Position numbers and translations under genes: made by a program. Below are positions 30,419 through 41,327 of a stretch of DNA of 64,000 nucleotides, one piece after another. Position 1 is the first letter of the stretch, and each line of letters opens with the position of its first letter. A model generated the notes under the pieces. That model had not been told where the DNA came from, searched no databases, and worked only from the letters and a program-made list of their open reading frames with translations. This stretch comes from Calditrichia bacterium (GTDB lineage: Bacteria; Calditrichota; Calditrichia; RBG-13-44-9; J075), in NCBI GenBank assembly GCA_965227145.1, contig OZ245730.1, positions 3,086,187 to 3,150,186 on the forward strand. The letters are read 5' to 3'.

Positions 30419-31662
30419 TTCTCTTTTGAATTTACCATTTTAAAAATATTAACAATTTCATCATTTAACTGTGATTCAAGTATTGTTAGTTCAGGATTGT
30501 TTATGGAGCTTATAACTTCGCTATTAAATTGTAAATTGCAACAATAACTATTTTTAATGCATTCATTAATTTTAACTTGCTCTTCTTGCAGTATAATATT
30601 AATTACTGCATCAGGGTTAGGTAAGAAAATTAAAAAAACATTCATAAGCTTTAATATTAATAAAGCTATCAAACTATTTTTTTTTTCTTGCAAAAAATTC
30701 GCTTGATAATAAATGACAAGCTGTTGTCGGCTTTTCATTAATTTTGTTTTAAAAAGCACCTCAACCAGATCCTTTATTATATTATCTAATATATTAAAGA
30801 AACTCATCCCCTTTGACATATAACGATAAAGGTTTCTTTGTACACAGTAATCCTTATTTATTTTATGTACTGGTAAGTGAAAAAACATTGGCAAGTCGAT
30901 ATTATTAATCTGTTTTACTAAATGAATTAAAAAAGCATTATTATTACAATTTAGGAGTATCAATGGCCCACACGGTGAAGTAAATACTAATGCCTTTTTT
31001 TTGATCCACCCAACTAAATTTTTAATAGCATTTCCAGGATGAGAAAAAATATAGTGTAATATTAAATCTCTTTTTAAATTTTTTAATCCTATTAATTTTT
31101 CTAATTGCGTTATTTCAAGATAGTAAAAAAATTGAACTACCGTTTTTGAATTAAGCTTTTTAGATAATATTTGTTTTCCAGCTTGAATAAACTCAAATAT
31201 CTTTTCTTCATTTTGAATATTATATAGTAACTTCCTCTCATTATTGGCTAAAACAGGTAACAATACTTTTCTAACAAATGGAAGCCAAAGTTTACTTTCG
31301 ATTTGTTTATCTTCTGAATTAAAAAAATCATTAAAATCAATAAAACCCCATGAAATATTTTTTAAGCTATGAAATTCGAGATATTGCCATTTCCCATTGA
31401 TTTTTTTTATTCCTATTATTCTTTTACCCCAAATGGGAGGAGGATGAATCGCATAAAATTCATTTTTGTGGAATTCTTTTTTAACCAGTTCTAATGCGAA
31501 TTCAACATCATTAAATATTACAACATCTATATCCCTACCAACCATCCTTGGAAATTTTTCTAATCCACTTACGACAGTAAAGAAAATATTGTAATTGTTA
31601 AATTGAGTTATAATAGATTGTATTATTGCAACTTTAAGTTTGTTGACATCAAGCAACATCAA
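30415..31662 (-). CDS. Hypothetical protein; N-terminal segment weakly nucleotidyltransferase/LicD-like (GRDIDVVIF)
   Basis: 415 aa, co-directional, start overlaps upstream stop; only a short D-I-D-V motif supports a family. Confidence 0.4.
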   Translation of the reverse strand: MMLLDVNKLKVAIIQSIITQFNNYNIFFTVVSGLEKFPRMVGRDIDVVIFNDVEFALELVKKEFHKNEFYAIHPPPIWGKRIIGIKKINGKWQYLEFHSLKNISWGFIDFNDFFNSEDKQIESKLWLPFVRKVLLPVLANNERKLLYNIQNEEKIFEFIQAGKQILSKKLNSKTVVQFFYYLEITQLEKLIGLKNLKRDLILHYIFSHPGNAIKNLVGWIKKKALVFTSPCGPLILLNCNNNAFLIHLVKQINNIDLPMFFHLPVHKINKDYCVQRNLYRYMSKGMSFFNILDNIIKDLVEVLFKTKLMKSRQQLVIYYQANFLQEKKNSLIALLILKLMNVFLIFLPNPDAVINIILQEEQVKINECIKNSYCCNLQFNSEVISSINNPELTILESQLNDEIVNIFKMVNSKEN

Positions 31663-32334
31663 TTAATCCGATTTAAGTTTTGCTACACAAATCATTGTAT
31701 CACCAAATCTAGGCATGGTTCGAAAGAACCACTTTAACGCACTATTGGCAATTTTATTGGAATTCGTTTCAAATATTTCATTACTAGTATACCAATTTGA
31801 AACTGTAAGATCAAACCGATTGAATAATGTTTTAATAAGGGAAAATGTAAACCCCAAAGTGTGGTCCGGATGAATTCTTTGATTTGATTTTAAATTATGA
31901 AGAAACAACTTTAGACTCAACAAATTAGGTGTAGTAATAATCAATTTAGTATTTTTATTCATATATTTTTTTACTGATTGTAAAAACAGGCCTGGATTAT
32001 ATAGATGTTCGATTAATTCACCTGCAATTATTACATCAAAATTAACTTTATTTGAATCGAAAGTAAGGTTTTCAACATTATCTACATAAAGATTGGCAAC
32101 ATTATATTTTTCTTTTAAATAATCTAAAACTTCTTGGCTTAAATCCACACCATAAAGTAAGTTAGATTGTTCCATTAACCTCAGATGCAAATACCTACCT
32201 ATTATCTCATTATCTTTATAATGAATGGCATCTGCACACCCTAAATGTAGTACATTTTTATCTTTACAACTATCTACTAAAAACTGGTTTCTATCCTCAA
32301 TAAATTTGATTGAAGGAAATTGGTTTTTTCCCAT
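31663..32334 (-). CDS. Class I SAM-dependent methyltransferase
   Basis: 223 aa; motif I VLHLGCADA, acidic motif YGVDLS, motif III-like DVIIAGELIEHL. Confidence 0.8.
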   Translation of the reverse strand: MGKNQFPSIKFIEDRNQFLVDSCKDKNVLHLGCADAIHYKDNEIIGRYLHLRLMEQSNLLYGVDLSQEVLDYLKEKYNVANLYVDNVENLTFDSNKVNFDVIIAGELIEHLYNPGLFLQSVKKYMNKNTKLIITTPNLLSLKLFLHNLKSNQRIHPDHTLGFTFSLIKTLFNRFDLTVSNWYTSNEIFETNSNKIANSALKWFFRTMPRFGDTMICVAKLKSD

Positions 32335-32339
32335 TTCTC

Positions 32340-33491
32340 TTAATTGCCTCTAATTTCTTGGTTTTTATTAATAAATTTTTTATAACTCTTATTCATATCT
32401 ATAGCAATATTTTTCCATTGAAATGAATCTAAAATTATTTTATAATTTTCTAGTCCCATTTTTTTTAATTTTAGTTTAGACTCAGATTCTGCATTAATAA
32501 GGGCCTTAGCAATTTCTTGAAAATCAAAATTTACAATCCATCCTGAATTTCCATTTTTTAACATGCCTATTGGATTAGCCTGTTTTGTCAATAAACAAGG
32601 TAAGCTCATAGCCATTGCCTCGAGCACTGACAAAGACAAGCCTTCCCATCTTGAAGTATGAATAAAAATATCTGAATGATTTAAATAATTATATTTTTTG
32701 GGACCAAATAAAGGACCTACGATTAATACTTTATCTTTTATATCATAATTTGAGATCATTTCTTTTAGGTGTGGAGTATTATCTTTATGGTCAGGGCCAA
32801 CTAATAACAATACCAAGTTTTTAATGTTATTATTACTAAAAGCTTTTAATAAAACATCTAACCCCTTTTGGACTGGATCTAAGCGTCCTACAAACAAAAC
32901 AATTCTTTTAGAACTCAAGAAAGGATAATCTTTCAAAATGTCGTTATTTATATACTCTTTAGGTATAACATCTAAATTTATCCCGTTTGGTATTTCAACG
33001 ATATGATTATTTACACCATAATTTCTAATACTTTCAGTATCTCCTACAGAATGAACAAAAAGAGCTCCATTGTAAAGTTTTAATTCTATAATATATTTAT
33101 ATATTAACTTGAGTATTTTTTTTCTAAGTAATATTGATTTGTCTAAACCACCGTGAGCTGTAATAACATAAGGTATATTCAGTTCATTTAACCATCTGGA
33201 AATAATGTAATTATGTGGGTTATTTACCGAGTGTAAATGTACGACATCAGGATTACACTCAATTATTTTTTTTTTTATTTCAATTGGAAGTAAAATTGCG
33301 GCTTTATGTGGTTTAAATTTATATATCTGAACATTTGGTATACTAATAATTTCTTTATTTGTAAGGGAAAATAAGATTACACAGTTACTTGAATTTTTTG
33401 CCAATTCAAGAGTCATATTGTATACCATCTTTTCAATGCCATTTGCTGAATCTGGATTACACCGTCCAAGTAAATAGTGGAGAATTATCAT
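32340..33491 (-). CDS. Glycosyltransferase family 4 (GT-B)
   Basis: 383 aa; FVGRLDPVQKGLDVL, HTSRWEGLSLSVLEAMAMSLPCLLT. Confidence 0.8.
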   Translation of the reverse strand: MIILHYLLGRCNPDSANGIEKMVYNMTLELAKNSSNCVILFSLTNKEIISIPNVQIYKFKPHKAAILLPIEIKKKIIECNPDVVHLHSVNNPHNYIISRWLNELNIPYVITAHGGLDKSILLRKKILKLIYKYIIELKLYNGALFVHSVGDTESIRNYGVNNHIVEIPNGINLDVIPKEYINNDILKDYPFLSSKRIVLFVGRLDPVQKGLDVLLKAFSNNNIKNLVLLLVGPDHKDNTPHLKEMISNYDIKDKVLIVGPLFGPKKYNYLNHSDIFIHTSRWEGLSLSVLEAMAMSLPCLLTKQANPIGMLKNGNSGWIVNFDFQEIAKALINAESESKLKLKKMGLENYKIILDSFQWKNIAIDMNKSYKKFINKNQEIRGN

Positions 33492-33512
33492 ATACCTGTC
33501 AATGTTTAAGTT

Positions 33513-34301
33513 TCACGAATAAACAATTTTTATATATTTTCTATATATTAATAAGGTTGAACATAATATTCTATAGATTTTAAGACCAAACTCATTATTC
33601 ATTAACTTTATACTTGAGTATCTATTAAATACTTTAAAACCTTCTTTATATCTTATTTCACGAACATTTGGCACATCTAAAGACTTGTTTGAATTATGCC
33701 ATCTGAAAATGGCAAAGAAATCATTTACATATTTTAATTTATATCCAGAATATAAAATATGAGCAAAAAACTCTTTATCCATTGTTAGTTTAAAATTCTT
33801 ATCAATTAGTATGCCTGAATCAATAATTTCTTTTCTAAAGAAGAAAGTTGTAGAAGGGATATAGCAATGATAAAGTGAAAGCCATTTAATAGGTATGTGC
33901 GAATATACTTTTTGTACCTTCTTATTTGATTGAAAAAGCAAATAAAAATTTGAATAAAATGCATCAACATTCGGGTTATCAATAAAATACTTGCTAATTT
34001 TATGAAATGTTTTAGTGCAGTATTGATCGTCAGCGTTAAGCCATCCGATTATTTCACCTGTTGCTAAATGGAATCCTTTATTTAAAGCATCACTTTGACC
34101 TTCATCTTTTTCTGAAATCCATTTCAAATGCGGATACTCTTTAACTATTGAAAGTGTATCATCTGTTGATTCTCCATCAACAATTATATGTTCAAAATTG
34201 TTATAATTTTGATCTATTACACTATTTATGCAATCTTTTAAATATTTTGCACTATTGTATGATGGAGTAATAATAGATATTTTAGGATATTTTTCTGACA
34301 T
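33513..34301 (-). CDS. Glycosyltransferase family 2
   Basis: 262 aa; ISIITPSYNSAKYL, IVDGESTDDT, GWLNADD (DxD-type). Confidence 0.85.
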   Translation of the reverse strand: MSEKYPKISIITPSYNSAKYLKDCINSVIDQNYNNFEHIIVDGESTDDTLSIVKEYPHLKWISEKDEGQSDALNKGFHLATGEIIGWLNADDQYCTKTFHKISKYFIDNPNVDAFYSNFYLLFQSNKKVQKVYSHIPIKWLSLYHCYIPSTTFFFRKEIIDSGILIDKNFKLTMDKEFFAHILYSGYKLKYVNDFFAIFRWHNSNKSLDVPNVREIRYKEGFKVFNRYSSIKLMNNEFGLKIYRILCSTLLIYRKYIKIVYS

Positions 34302-35544
34302 TTGATATACGTTTATTTGTGGAAAAATTAAGTATCAACGAAAATGAAATAAAAATCCAGCTTACAACATCGGCCCCATAACCAATCATATACATAATCA
34401 AGGCTATAGTAGATAGAAAACTTAGTCTATAAACAAATTTATCATTTGGGTCAATATTTTTCATTCTAATTTTAATGTACGATTTATATAAGAAACTAGA
34501 TACAAATAAAATTACTAAAGAAATCCCCAAATATCCCAAATAGTATAGTGTTTGAATAAAACCGTTATGAGCTCCTGCCATCGCCTGATCACCAATTAGT
34601 TTTGCATGCACAATGAATCGAGCTCCTAACCCATTTCCCATAAATGTTGCATTATCAATTACAGCATTCCAAATCAACATTCTCCACGAGCCTGTTGCGT
34701 CAGCGTCAAAATCGGTAAATGCAGTTAATCTCTGCTGTATAAATGCAATATCAATCTGTATAAAAAAACCCACAATGAATCCAACAACTGCCACGAGGAA
34801 CATATATTTATAATTTTGAACCCAAAGAAAAATTATGGGCACTGTTGCAAAAAGAATTGCCCAAACAGTGCGATGACTTGTATATGGAATCATAATCACA
34901 AAAATAGGTAACAGAAACAGCGGCAATCTATAACTTTTATCAATAAATTGGTAGTAAAGTAATCCAGATAAGAAGCCCAAAGTAATAGTTTCATACGTCA
35001 ACGCACCAAATTGGCGATTTGCCACACTTAGCGAATAATTATTTGTCAGGACTAAATTAAGAGGTGCTAGAATTATTAATGGCATAAGGTAAGTACTTAG
35101 ACCCTTAATTAATTCCAATACTTCTCTTTTTCTGACATTAGTTGAAATATATATCATGATAATAATATAATAAAAAACTGAACGAAATTCAGCAATACTC
35201 GCATATCCAAATTTAACTCCACCCATAAAAACAGATACAAATACAAAACCAAAAAATAGTCTCACGATATCGTTTTTAAAAAACAATGGAGAGTTTCGGG
35301 TTTTACTTATTTTTTGATGAATAATAAAAACCACCATCAATAACAAAGCAATGTCTGTTGGTTGTGTTCGAATAGGCGTAAGAGTTAATGATGTTATTCC
35401 ATTTTCCCATGAGTTTCTTTCAATAAAAAACATAAATAGAGTGAATATTAAAATAAACTCATTTCTGGTCTTTGCCTTATACAAGAAGTAGATAGAATAT
35501 AAAATAATAATATATAATAGTGCTGGATGACCTGATATATACAT
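34282..35544 (-). CDS. Polytopic membrane protein, O-antigen polymerase/ligase (Wzy-like) candidate
   Basis: 420 aa with about 10 hydrophobic helices and a larger loop near the C-terminal third; position within the GT cluster. Confidence 0.5.
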   Translation of the reverse strand: MYISGHPALLYIIILYSIYFLYKAKTRNEFILIFTLFMFFIERNSWENGITSLTLTPIRTQPTDIALLLMVVFIIHQKISKTRNSPLFFKNDIVRLFFGFVFVSVFMGGVKFGYASIAEFRSVFYYIIIMIYISTNVRKREVLELIKGLSTYLMPLIILAPLNLVLTNNYSLSVANRQFGALTYETITLGFLSGLLYYQFIDKSYRLPLFLLPIFVIMIPYTSHRTVWAILFATVPIIFLWVQNYKYMFLVAVVGFIVGFFIQIDIAFIQQRLTAFTDFDADATGSWRMLIWNAVIDNATFMGNGLGARFIVHAKLIGDQAMAGAHNGFIQTLYYLGYLGISLVILFVSSFLYKSYIKIRMKNIDPNDKFVYRLSFLSTIALIMYMIGYGADVVSWIFISFSLILNFSTNKRISNVRKIS

Positions 35545-35586
35545 ATTTAATTCTGGGATTTAAAATTAGAAATAAGAGATTTCAAC

Positions 35587-36732
35587 CTAATTAATTTCAT
35601 GGATTTGTTCAATAACCCTTTGCCATCCTTTAAACCATAACCCAATATTGTAATTTTCTCTAACATTTTGTTGTTGTTGTTTTGCTATAAATTCCGTATT
35701 CTTGAGCAATTTAATTAAATTATTTTTAATACTCTCTGGTAATGTTTCTACTTGTATGGATGGGAGATCTCTTAATCCTGCGACGTTTGTTGTAATTGTA
35801 GGACATCCACAAGCCATACTTTCCAATGCACTTAGTGATGTACCTTCTCTTCTCAAGGTAGGGATCAGTGTTAACCTCGCTGTTGAATAATATTTTACTA
35901 TTTCATTATTGGTTATATCATGTCTCCAAATGACTTGTTCATCCAATGAATATTTATTGATTAATTCATCACAATACTCTTTATAATCTAAACCTCTTAT
36001 TGTACCAATAATCAACAATGTATATCCGGGCACTTCATTATTAAACAAATGAAATGCCTCGATTGCCAAATGAATACCACGATCCACAGTTATTTGTCTT
36101 GGAACAAGAATTATCTTTTTGTTATGAAATTCTGCAAGCGGTTCAACCTTATTAAACTTTTGAGAATCTACACAATTAGGAATAAACCATTTATTGGGTG
36201 CAACTTCCTGAAAGCAATTTTTCTTAGGTTCAACATCAAGACCTAATGTACGGAAATAATGTGTGTCATTTGCAACAATTGTAAATCTGTTAAACGTTTT
36301 TTTTGCTATCCATAGATGAATTCGATCATCCAAACTGGTGCTTTCAATATTCCATTCAACACCATGCGACAGGACAATTACTTTTTTGTTAATAAACCAA
36401 AGCGGTAAGGCATAAAATGCATAATGAACAATAATGATATCTTCTTTTAGAAGTGACAAAATACGTGTTAGCAATAACAGGCTAAATAAATATTGTCCAA
36501 TTTTAGGTATAAATCTTCCCAAAAACGGTATATTAAAAACCAATTTCACTTTGGGATCTTTGCTTTTGGAAAAATAGTGATATTGTTTGTTAATCGGTTG
36601 GTAAACGGTGCTAACAATACCTTGTTCATCAAGCATTTTAAGCATGTTTGCAATGTAAACCTCCTGCCCACCGACAACAGGTTGATAACAATAGCTTATA
36701 TGCCCTATTTTTTTTAAATTATTCTTACTCAT
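35587..36732 (-). CDS. Glycosyltransferase family 4 (GT-B)
   Basis: 381 aa; PTLRREGTSLSALESMACGCPTITTNVAG. Confidence 0.8.
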   Translation of the reverse strand: MSKNNLKKIGHISYCYQPVVGGQEVYIANMLKMLDEQGIVSTVYQPINKQYHYFSKSKDPKVKLVFNIPFLGRFIPKIGQYLFSLLLLTRILSLLKEDIIIVHYAFYALPLWFINKKVIVLSHGVEWNIESTSLDDRIHLWIAKKTFNRFTIVANDTHYFRTLGLDVEPKKNCFQEVAPNKWFIPNCVDSQKFNKVEPLAEFHNKKIILVPRQITVDRGIHLAIEAFHLFNNEVPGYTLLIIGTIRGLDYKEYCDELINKYSLDEQVIWRHDITNNEIVKYYSTARLTLIPTLRREGTSLSALESMACGCPTITTNVAGLRDLPSIQVETLPESIKNNLIKLLKNTEFIAKQQQQNVRENYNIGLWFKGWQRVIEQIHEIN

Positions 36733-37858
36733 TCAAAAATTCAGAAACTATTCTTTTAATATTAATACATGATTTACCATCTCCATATGGATTATCAGGA
36801 AGCGTCATTTGTTTGTATACGTTGGTTTTTGTCAATAATGTTTTTACGCCATAATAAATCTTGTTTGCATCAGTACCAACCAGGATAGCATTTCCGGCTT
36901 CAACACCTTCCATACGTTCTGTTACATCTCGCATTACTAACACAGGTTTATCCAATGAGGGTGCTTCTTCCTGAATACCGCCAGAATCTGTCAAAACCAG
37001 GTATGATTTGTTTAACAACCAAATAAAGTATTTATAATCCAGTGGGTCAATCAAATAGACATTTTTACAATTTGACAATATACGGTGAACAGGCTTTTGG
37101 ACTGACGGATTTAAATGCACTGGATAAACAAATTGGACATCACTAAAATTTTCTGCTGCCTTTCTGATGGCTAAACATATCTGTTCAAAAGGCTGCCCAA
37201 AACTTTCTCTACGGTGTGCAGTGATCAAAACAATTTTTTGATCGAATTTTAACATATCAAAATAATTATAAAAATCCATTTCATCAGAGTGATTGACTTG
37301 CTCTAGTCCCAATAACAATGCATCTATGACCGTATTCCCAACATTATGAATATTTGTTGAAATATTTTCATTCACAAGATTGTTAACAGCCAGTTGCGTA
37401 GGACAAAAATGGATGGTTGCAATTTTGGAGATCAATAAACGATTCATTTCTTCTGGAAAAGGGGAATATTTGTTAAAACTTCTTAATCCGGCCTCAATAT
37501 GGGCGACAGGTATTTTATTATAAAATCCAACCAATGCGCCCAAACAAGCCGTGGTTGTATCGCCCTGAACAAAGATAATATCCGGTTTTTCATTTACGAT
37601 AACTTCTGAAAGATTATTAATAATTGTAGCGGACAAATATGCCAATGATTGATTTTCTCGCATTACCTTCAGATCATAATCTGGCACAATATTAAAAAAA
37701 TTTAAAATATGATCCAACATTTGACGGTGTTGGCCTGTTGAACAAATTATTGTTCTATATTTAGGATCGATGTAATATTGTTTAATAAGGGGAGCAAGTT
37801 TTACTGCCTCGGGTCTCGTACCAAATATAAATAATACTTTTATCTTAAGTTTCCTCAA
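36725..37858 (-). CDS. wecB: UDP-N-acetylglucosamine 2-epimerase (non-hydrolysing)
   Basis: 377 aa; FGTRPEAVKLAPL, HIEAGLRS, TAHRRESFG, LTDSGGIQEEAPSLDKPVLVMRDVTER. Confidence 0.9.
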   Translation of the reverse strand: MRKLKIKVLFIFGTRPEAVKLAPLIKQYYIDPKYRTIICSTGQHRQMLDHILNFFNIVPDYDLKVMRENQSLAYLSATIINNLSEVIVNEKPDIIFVQGDTTTACLGALVGFYNKIPVAHIEAGLRSFNKYSPFPEEMNRLLISKIATIHFCPTQLAVNNLVNENISTNIHNVGNTVIDALLLGLEQVNHSDEMDFYNYFDMLKFDQKIVLITAHRRESFGQPFEQICLAIRKAAENFSDVQFVYPVHLNPSVQKPVHRILSNCKNVYLIDPLDYKYFIWLLNKSYLVLTDSGGIQEEAPSLDKPVLVMRDVTERMEGVEAGNAILVGTDANKIYYGVKTLLTKTNVYKQMTLPDNPYGDGKSCINIKRIVSEFLNE

Positions 37859-39113
37859 TTTTTATTTTTTTTATATCATTAAAGATATTAGTAAATAAAT
37901 GATCTAAGTTGTTTCTAAAATAAGTTAAGCTCCACCTATTTTCAAAAAGCTTAATTGTATTTTGAGTTGCATTAACACACCACTCAGGACTTTTTCTGCT
38001 GGCATCATCAATACACTCGACCAATGAATCAACATCCCAGGAATCAGTAAGAATATTCTGTTGGTCATCAGAAATTATATCGACATACCCAACAGGAATT
38101 AAACCTAAAGCCAGTGTTCCCAAGAAAGCTGTACCAATTCCAAAATTTACCGGTGCATGTACAGAAAAATTTGTATTCAATAATAAATTTCGCAATTTTC
38201 TGTGAAATGGCTTAAACCGCCAATGATATATATAGTGTATATTTTTTAAATTGAGTTCCGATTTATAGTATTTTAAAATTTCATCTTCAACGGCACAATA
38301 GATATATAGGTTTAAATCTTTTCTTTTTGCAAATACCTCTAATAATAAGTCTAAACCTTTTTGAATGTTACCTCCAGTACCGCCTACATAAATAAATTTT
38401 TTTAAACCTTTAGAATAATTTTTTAATTTAATATCAACATTCATATGGTTTAAAGGGTAGGATGTCCAGCCTGAATAAATAAATTTATTTTTATATTCCC
38501 CATAACCTTCTATCATCCTTGGACAATGACCACAGAATAAAACATCTGCTTTATTAGTCAAATATTCTTCACCTTCAATTAAACCTTTTAGAGATCTTTT
38601 AAAATCATAATCATCTTTGACGATATTATTTCTTCTAAAAAACCTTTCATATCTTTCTACAGATTCACTATTAAGACTTTTCCAATATGCACCTGAAACA
38701 TATTGGAATACTGGAGTATTCTCGGGCAGGCTTTCAATAATCGTACGGCAATTACCACCATGTCCAATAAATAAATCGTATTTCTTTGTTGGTAAAAAGT
38801 CTTTCTCCTTATAATCAATAATATCAACATCGAACCCACATCTATTAAGCGCATGTACTAATTCATAAGTAAAACCAGTAATGTTAAAATATTTTATTTC
38901 AGGGAGCTCGTACACCGCTGTTTCCCAGGATTTCGGAGATAAACTCACTAAGGCTAATTTGGAACTTTGAGATTTGGGCAAAACATTTATATTCTCAAGA
39001 ATCTTGCTACTTTGATAAATACTATTCGATGTTTTTCGCCGTATTGATATCAATGAAATGAAGCCATTCAATTTTCTTTGTGAGAGGGCTATTTTTAATG
39101 TAGTTTTAATCAT
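37845..39113 (-). CDS. Hypothetical protein, possibly a divergent GT-B-like transferase
   Basis: 422 aa ORF co-directional with flanking sugar genes; no firm motif. Confidence 0.4.
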   Translation of the reverse strand: MIKTTLKIALSQRKLNGFISLISIRRKTSNSIYQSSKILENINVLPKSQSSKLALVSLSPKSWETAVYELPEIKYFNITGFTYELVHALNRCGFDVDIIDYKEKDFLPTKKYDLFIGHGGNCRTIIESLPENTPVFQYVSGAYWKSLNSESVERYERFFRRNNIVKDDYDFKRSLKGLIEGEEYLTNKADVLFCGHCPRMIEGYGEYKNKFIYSGWTSYPLNHMNVDIKLKNYSKGLKKFIYVGGTGGNIQKGLDLLLEVFAKRKDLNLYIYCAVEDEILKYYKSELNLKNIHYIYHWRFKPFHRKLRNLLLNTNFSVHAPVNFGIGTAFLGTLALGLIPVGYVDIISDDQQNILTDSWDVDSLVECIDDASRKSPEWCVNATQNTIKLFENRWSLTYFRNNLDHLFTNIFNDIKKIKIEET

Positions 39114-39148
39114 TAATATTTATTACTAAATTTTAATTTTTTTGGTAA

Positions 39149-39874
39149 CTAAATAGTCCCTGAATCAACAAATATATTTTGACCGGTTATTGAACTAGCT
39201 TTTTCTGACAGAAGAAACTCAACCGTATTCGCTACAGAATTTAGTGAGGTAGGTGTTTTTAGTGAATTTCTATTATAAATTCTGTTTCTTTGACCATCAT
39301 CCAATTTTTGGCTCATTGAAGTTTCCATGAATCCTGCAACGATACAATTTGATCTTATCCCTTTACTTCCCCATTCCCTAGAAGTATTTTTTGAAAAGGC
39401 CTCCAATGCACCTTTTGTTGAAGCATACATTGCAAGCCCTTTATAACCTGTATGCACACTTATAGAAGAAATGTTCACAATACTACCTTGTATTTGATGA
39501 AGCAACATATTTCTAATAACATATTTGGTGATTAGCATTGGCGTAAAAACATTAACCTGAAACATCTCATGCAAAGGTTTTATATCAATATTTGTTACAA
39601 TGTCATCATAAGCAATTGCTGCATTGTTTACAAAGCCATGCAAAGGAATATCATAATTAATGAAACCCTTTGTTAGTAAGTTTTTACAACCTTGAGTATC
39701 TAATAAATCAAATGACTTGATATAAATTTTACTTTCATAACTATTCATTAATAATTTTAAATCATTAGAAATTGTTCTGCATAAGCCATGTACAGTATAC
39801 CCTTTTTCAAGTAAAACTTGAGCAATTTCCAATCCAAGCCCTTTGGATATACCAGTTAATAAAATATTCTTCAT
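39149..39874 (-). CDS. Short-chain dehydrogenase/reductase (FabG-like)
   Basis: 241 aa; TGISKGLG glycine motif, NNAA, catalytic S...YxxxK (SSISVHTGYKGLAMYASTK). Confidence 0.85.
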   Translation of the reverse strand: MKNILLTGISKGLGLEIAQVLLEKGYTVHGLCRTISNDLKLLMNSYESKIYIKSFDLLDTQGCKNLLTKGFINYDIPLHGFVNNAAIAYDDIVTNIDIKPLHEMFQVNVFTPMLITKYVIRNMLLHQIQGSIVNISSISVHTGYKGLAMYASTKGALEAFSKNTSREWGSKGIRSNCIVAGFMETSMSQKLDDGQRNRIYNRNSLKTPTSLNSVANTVEFLLSEKASSITGQNIFVDSGTI

Positions 39875-41103
39875 TATCTTTTTATTTTTCCGGTTCTTGT
39901 TGCTTCAATTGAATCGACAATATTTATTATTCTAGGGATTTTAAAATTTTGTATCTTTTTGTTAAGAAAATCTTTCAAAGTTTTTTCGGAAATATCTTTT
40001 TTTATAACTATATCAGCACATAAGACATTTCCAATTACAGAATTTTTTTTTGCAAAGACTCTGGAAATTTTAATATTAGGATGCGAATTAATAACGGATT
40101 CTATTTCCAGAGGATTTACTTTATAACCACCAACATTTATTAACTCATTTTTTCTACCAACAAATCGAAAAACTAAAGGATCGTTTTCTACAATCTCTAC
40201 TATATCACCTGTATTATACCAATTATCATTCAACTCTATAGAGTTAGTATATCCCAATAACTTGTTATTAATGAACAACTCATTATCAACTATTTTCACC
40301 ATTTTTTTTAAGGCATCTTTTATTTGAAACAGATCGCCATTTGCTGCAAGTACAGTACCTGCCTCAGTTGAAGCATAAACATTCAGTATTTTAGCATTTG
40401 GAAAAATTGTAAGCAAACTTTCAGTAAATTTGTTATCAAATTTTTCCCCTCCAGAAGTTATACGCTTGACAGAATTATAAGGCTTTTCAATCGGAAGCAA
40501 CATTCGAAAAAAAGTTGGTGTTGCAGAAATATTAGTAATATGAAATTGCTCAATAAGTTCATAAATCTTAGAACGTGATTGACCAAATAAAGTAATTATT
40601 GAATTATTATTTAGCAGAGCCTGAAAGAAGACTTGTAATCCAGCAATATGTGTTGGATTGTATGAAAAACCCCAAATATCCGACTCCATTTTTGAAGATT
40701 TTTTTACCATTCGAGTTACGTTTTGAAACGTATGACTTACCCTCTTTGGAAGCCCTGTTGTTCCTGAGGTATATAATGTGATTCTCCATTTAGAAGTATT
40801 ATTAAATGAAGTAATCATTTGAGGAGGTGTTAACTCATTTATATTTTTTAAGTCATAACCAGAGGTTAGCTCTTCCTTTGTAATTCCTAGATTCTCAATT
40901 TCGATATTTGAAAAGTCATAGTCCAGTAAAATTATTGGACAATCGTGTATTAATGAGCAAACAATGTTTTTAAATATATTATAATAATCATTTGTATAAA
41001 CATAGCGATTTAAATACCTTAATTGTATTATATCATTAAATAAATCATCATAAGTATAGCTTTTGTTTGAAAAGCTGTCCCAAAAAAACAATTTTTTATG
41101 CAT
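39874..41103 (-). CDS. Adenylate-forming enzyme (ANL superfamily), likely acyl-ACP/CoA ligase
   Basis: 409 aa; AMP-binding motif TLYTSGTTGLPKRV, later GYTNS/YNTGD. Confidence 0.8.
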   Translation of the reverse strand: MHKKLFFWDSFSNKSYTYDDLFNDIIQLRYLNRYVYTNDYYNIFKNIVCSLIHDCPIILLDYDFSNIEIENLGITKEELTSGYDLKNINELTPPQMITSFNNTSKWRITLYTSGTTGLPKRVSHTFQNVTRMVKKSSKMESDIWGFSYNPTHIAGLQVFFQALLNNNSIITLFGQSRSKIYELIEQFHITNISATPTFFRMLLPIEKPYNSVKRITSGGEKFDNKFTESLLTIFPNAKILNVYASTEAGTVLAANGDLFQIKDALKKMVKIVDNELFINNKLLGYTNSIELNDNWYNTGDIVEIVENDPLVFRFVGRKNELINVGGYKVNPLEIESVINSHPNIKISRVFAKKNSVIGNVLCADIVIKKDISEKTLKDFLNKKIQNFKIPRIINIVDSIEATRTGKIKR

Positions 41104-41326
41104 TATCTAAATCTAACTTTTTGAATATTTCACCTAAAGTTGATACCAAACCATCTTCAAATACATCTATACCAAATTCTTTTTCAATTCGAACAGTAAA
41201 TTCAGCTAGATCTAGTGAATCAAATCCAATATCCTTTCGTAAATCCATGGAGAGATTTAATTCGTTAAATTCAGTTAAATCCTTATTATATCTCATAATG
41301 TTAATAATTTCCAATATTTTTTCCAT
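41096..41326 (-). CDS. Acyl carrier protein
   Basis: 76 aa; phosphopantetheine-attachment motif GFDSLDLAEF. Confidence 0.8.
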   Translation of the reverse strand: MEKILEIINIMRYNKDLTEFNELNLSMDLRKDIGFDSLDLAEFTVRIEKEFGIDVFEDGLVSTLGEIFKKLDLDNA

Positions 41327-41327
41327 A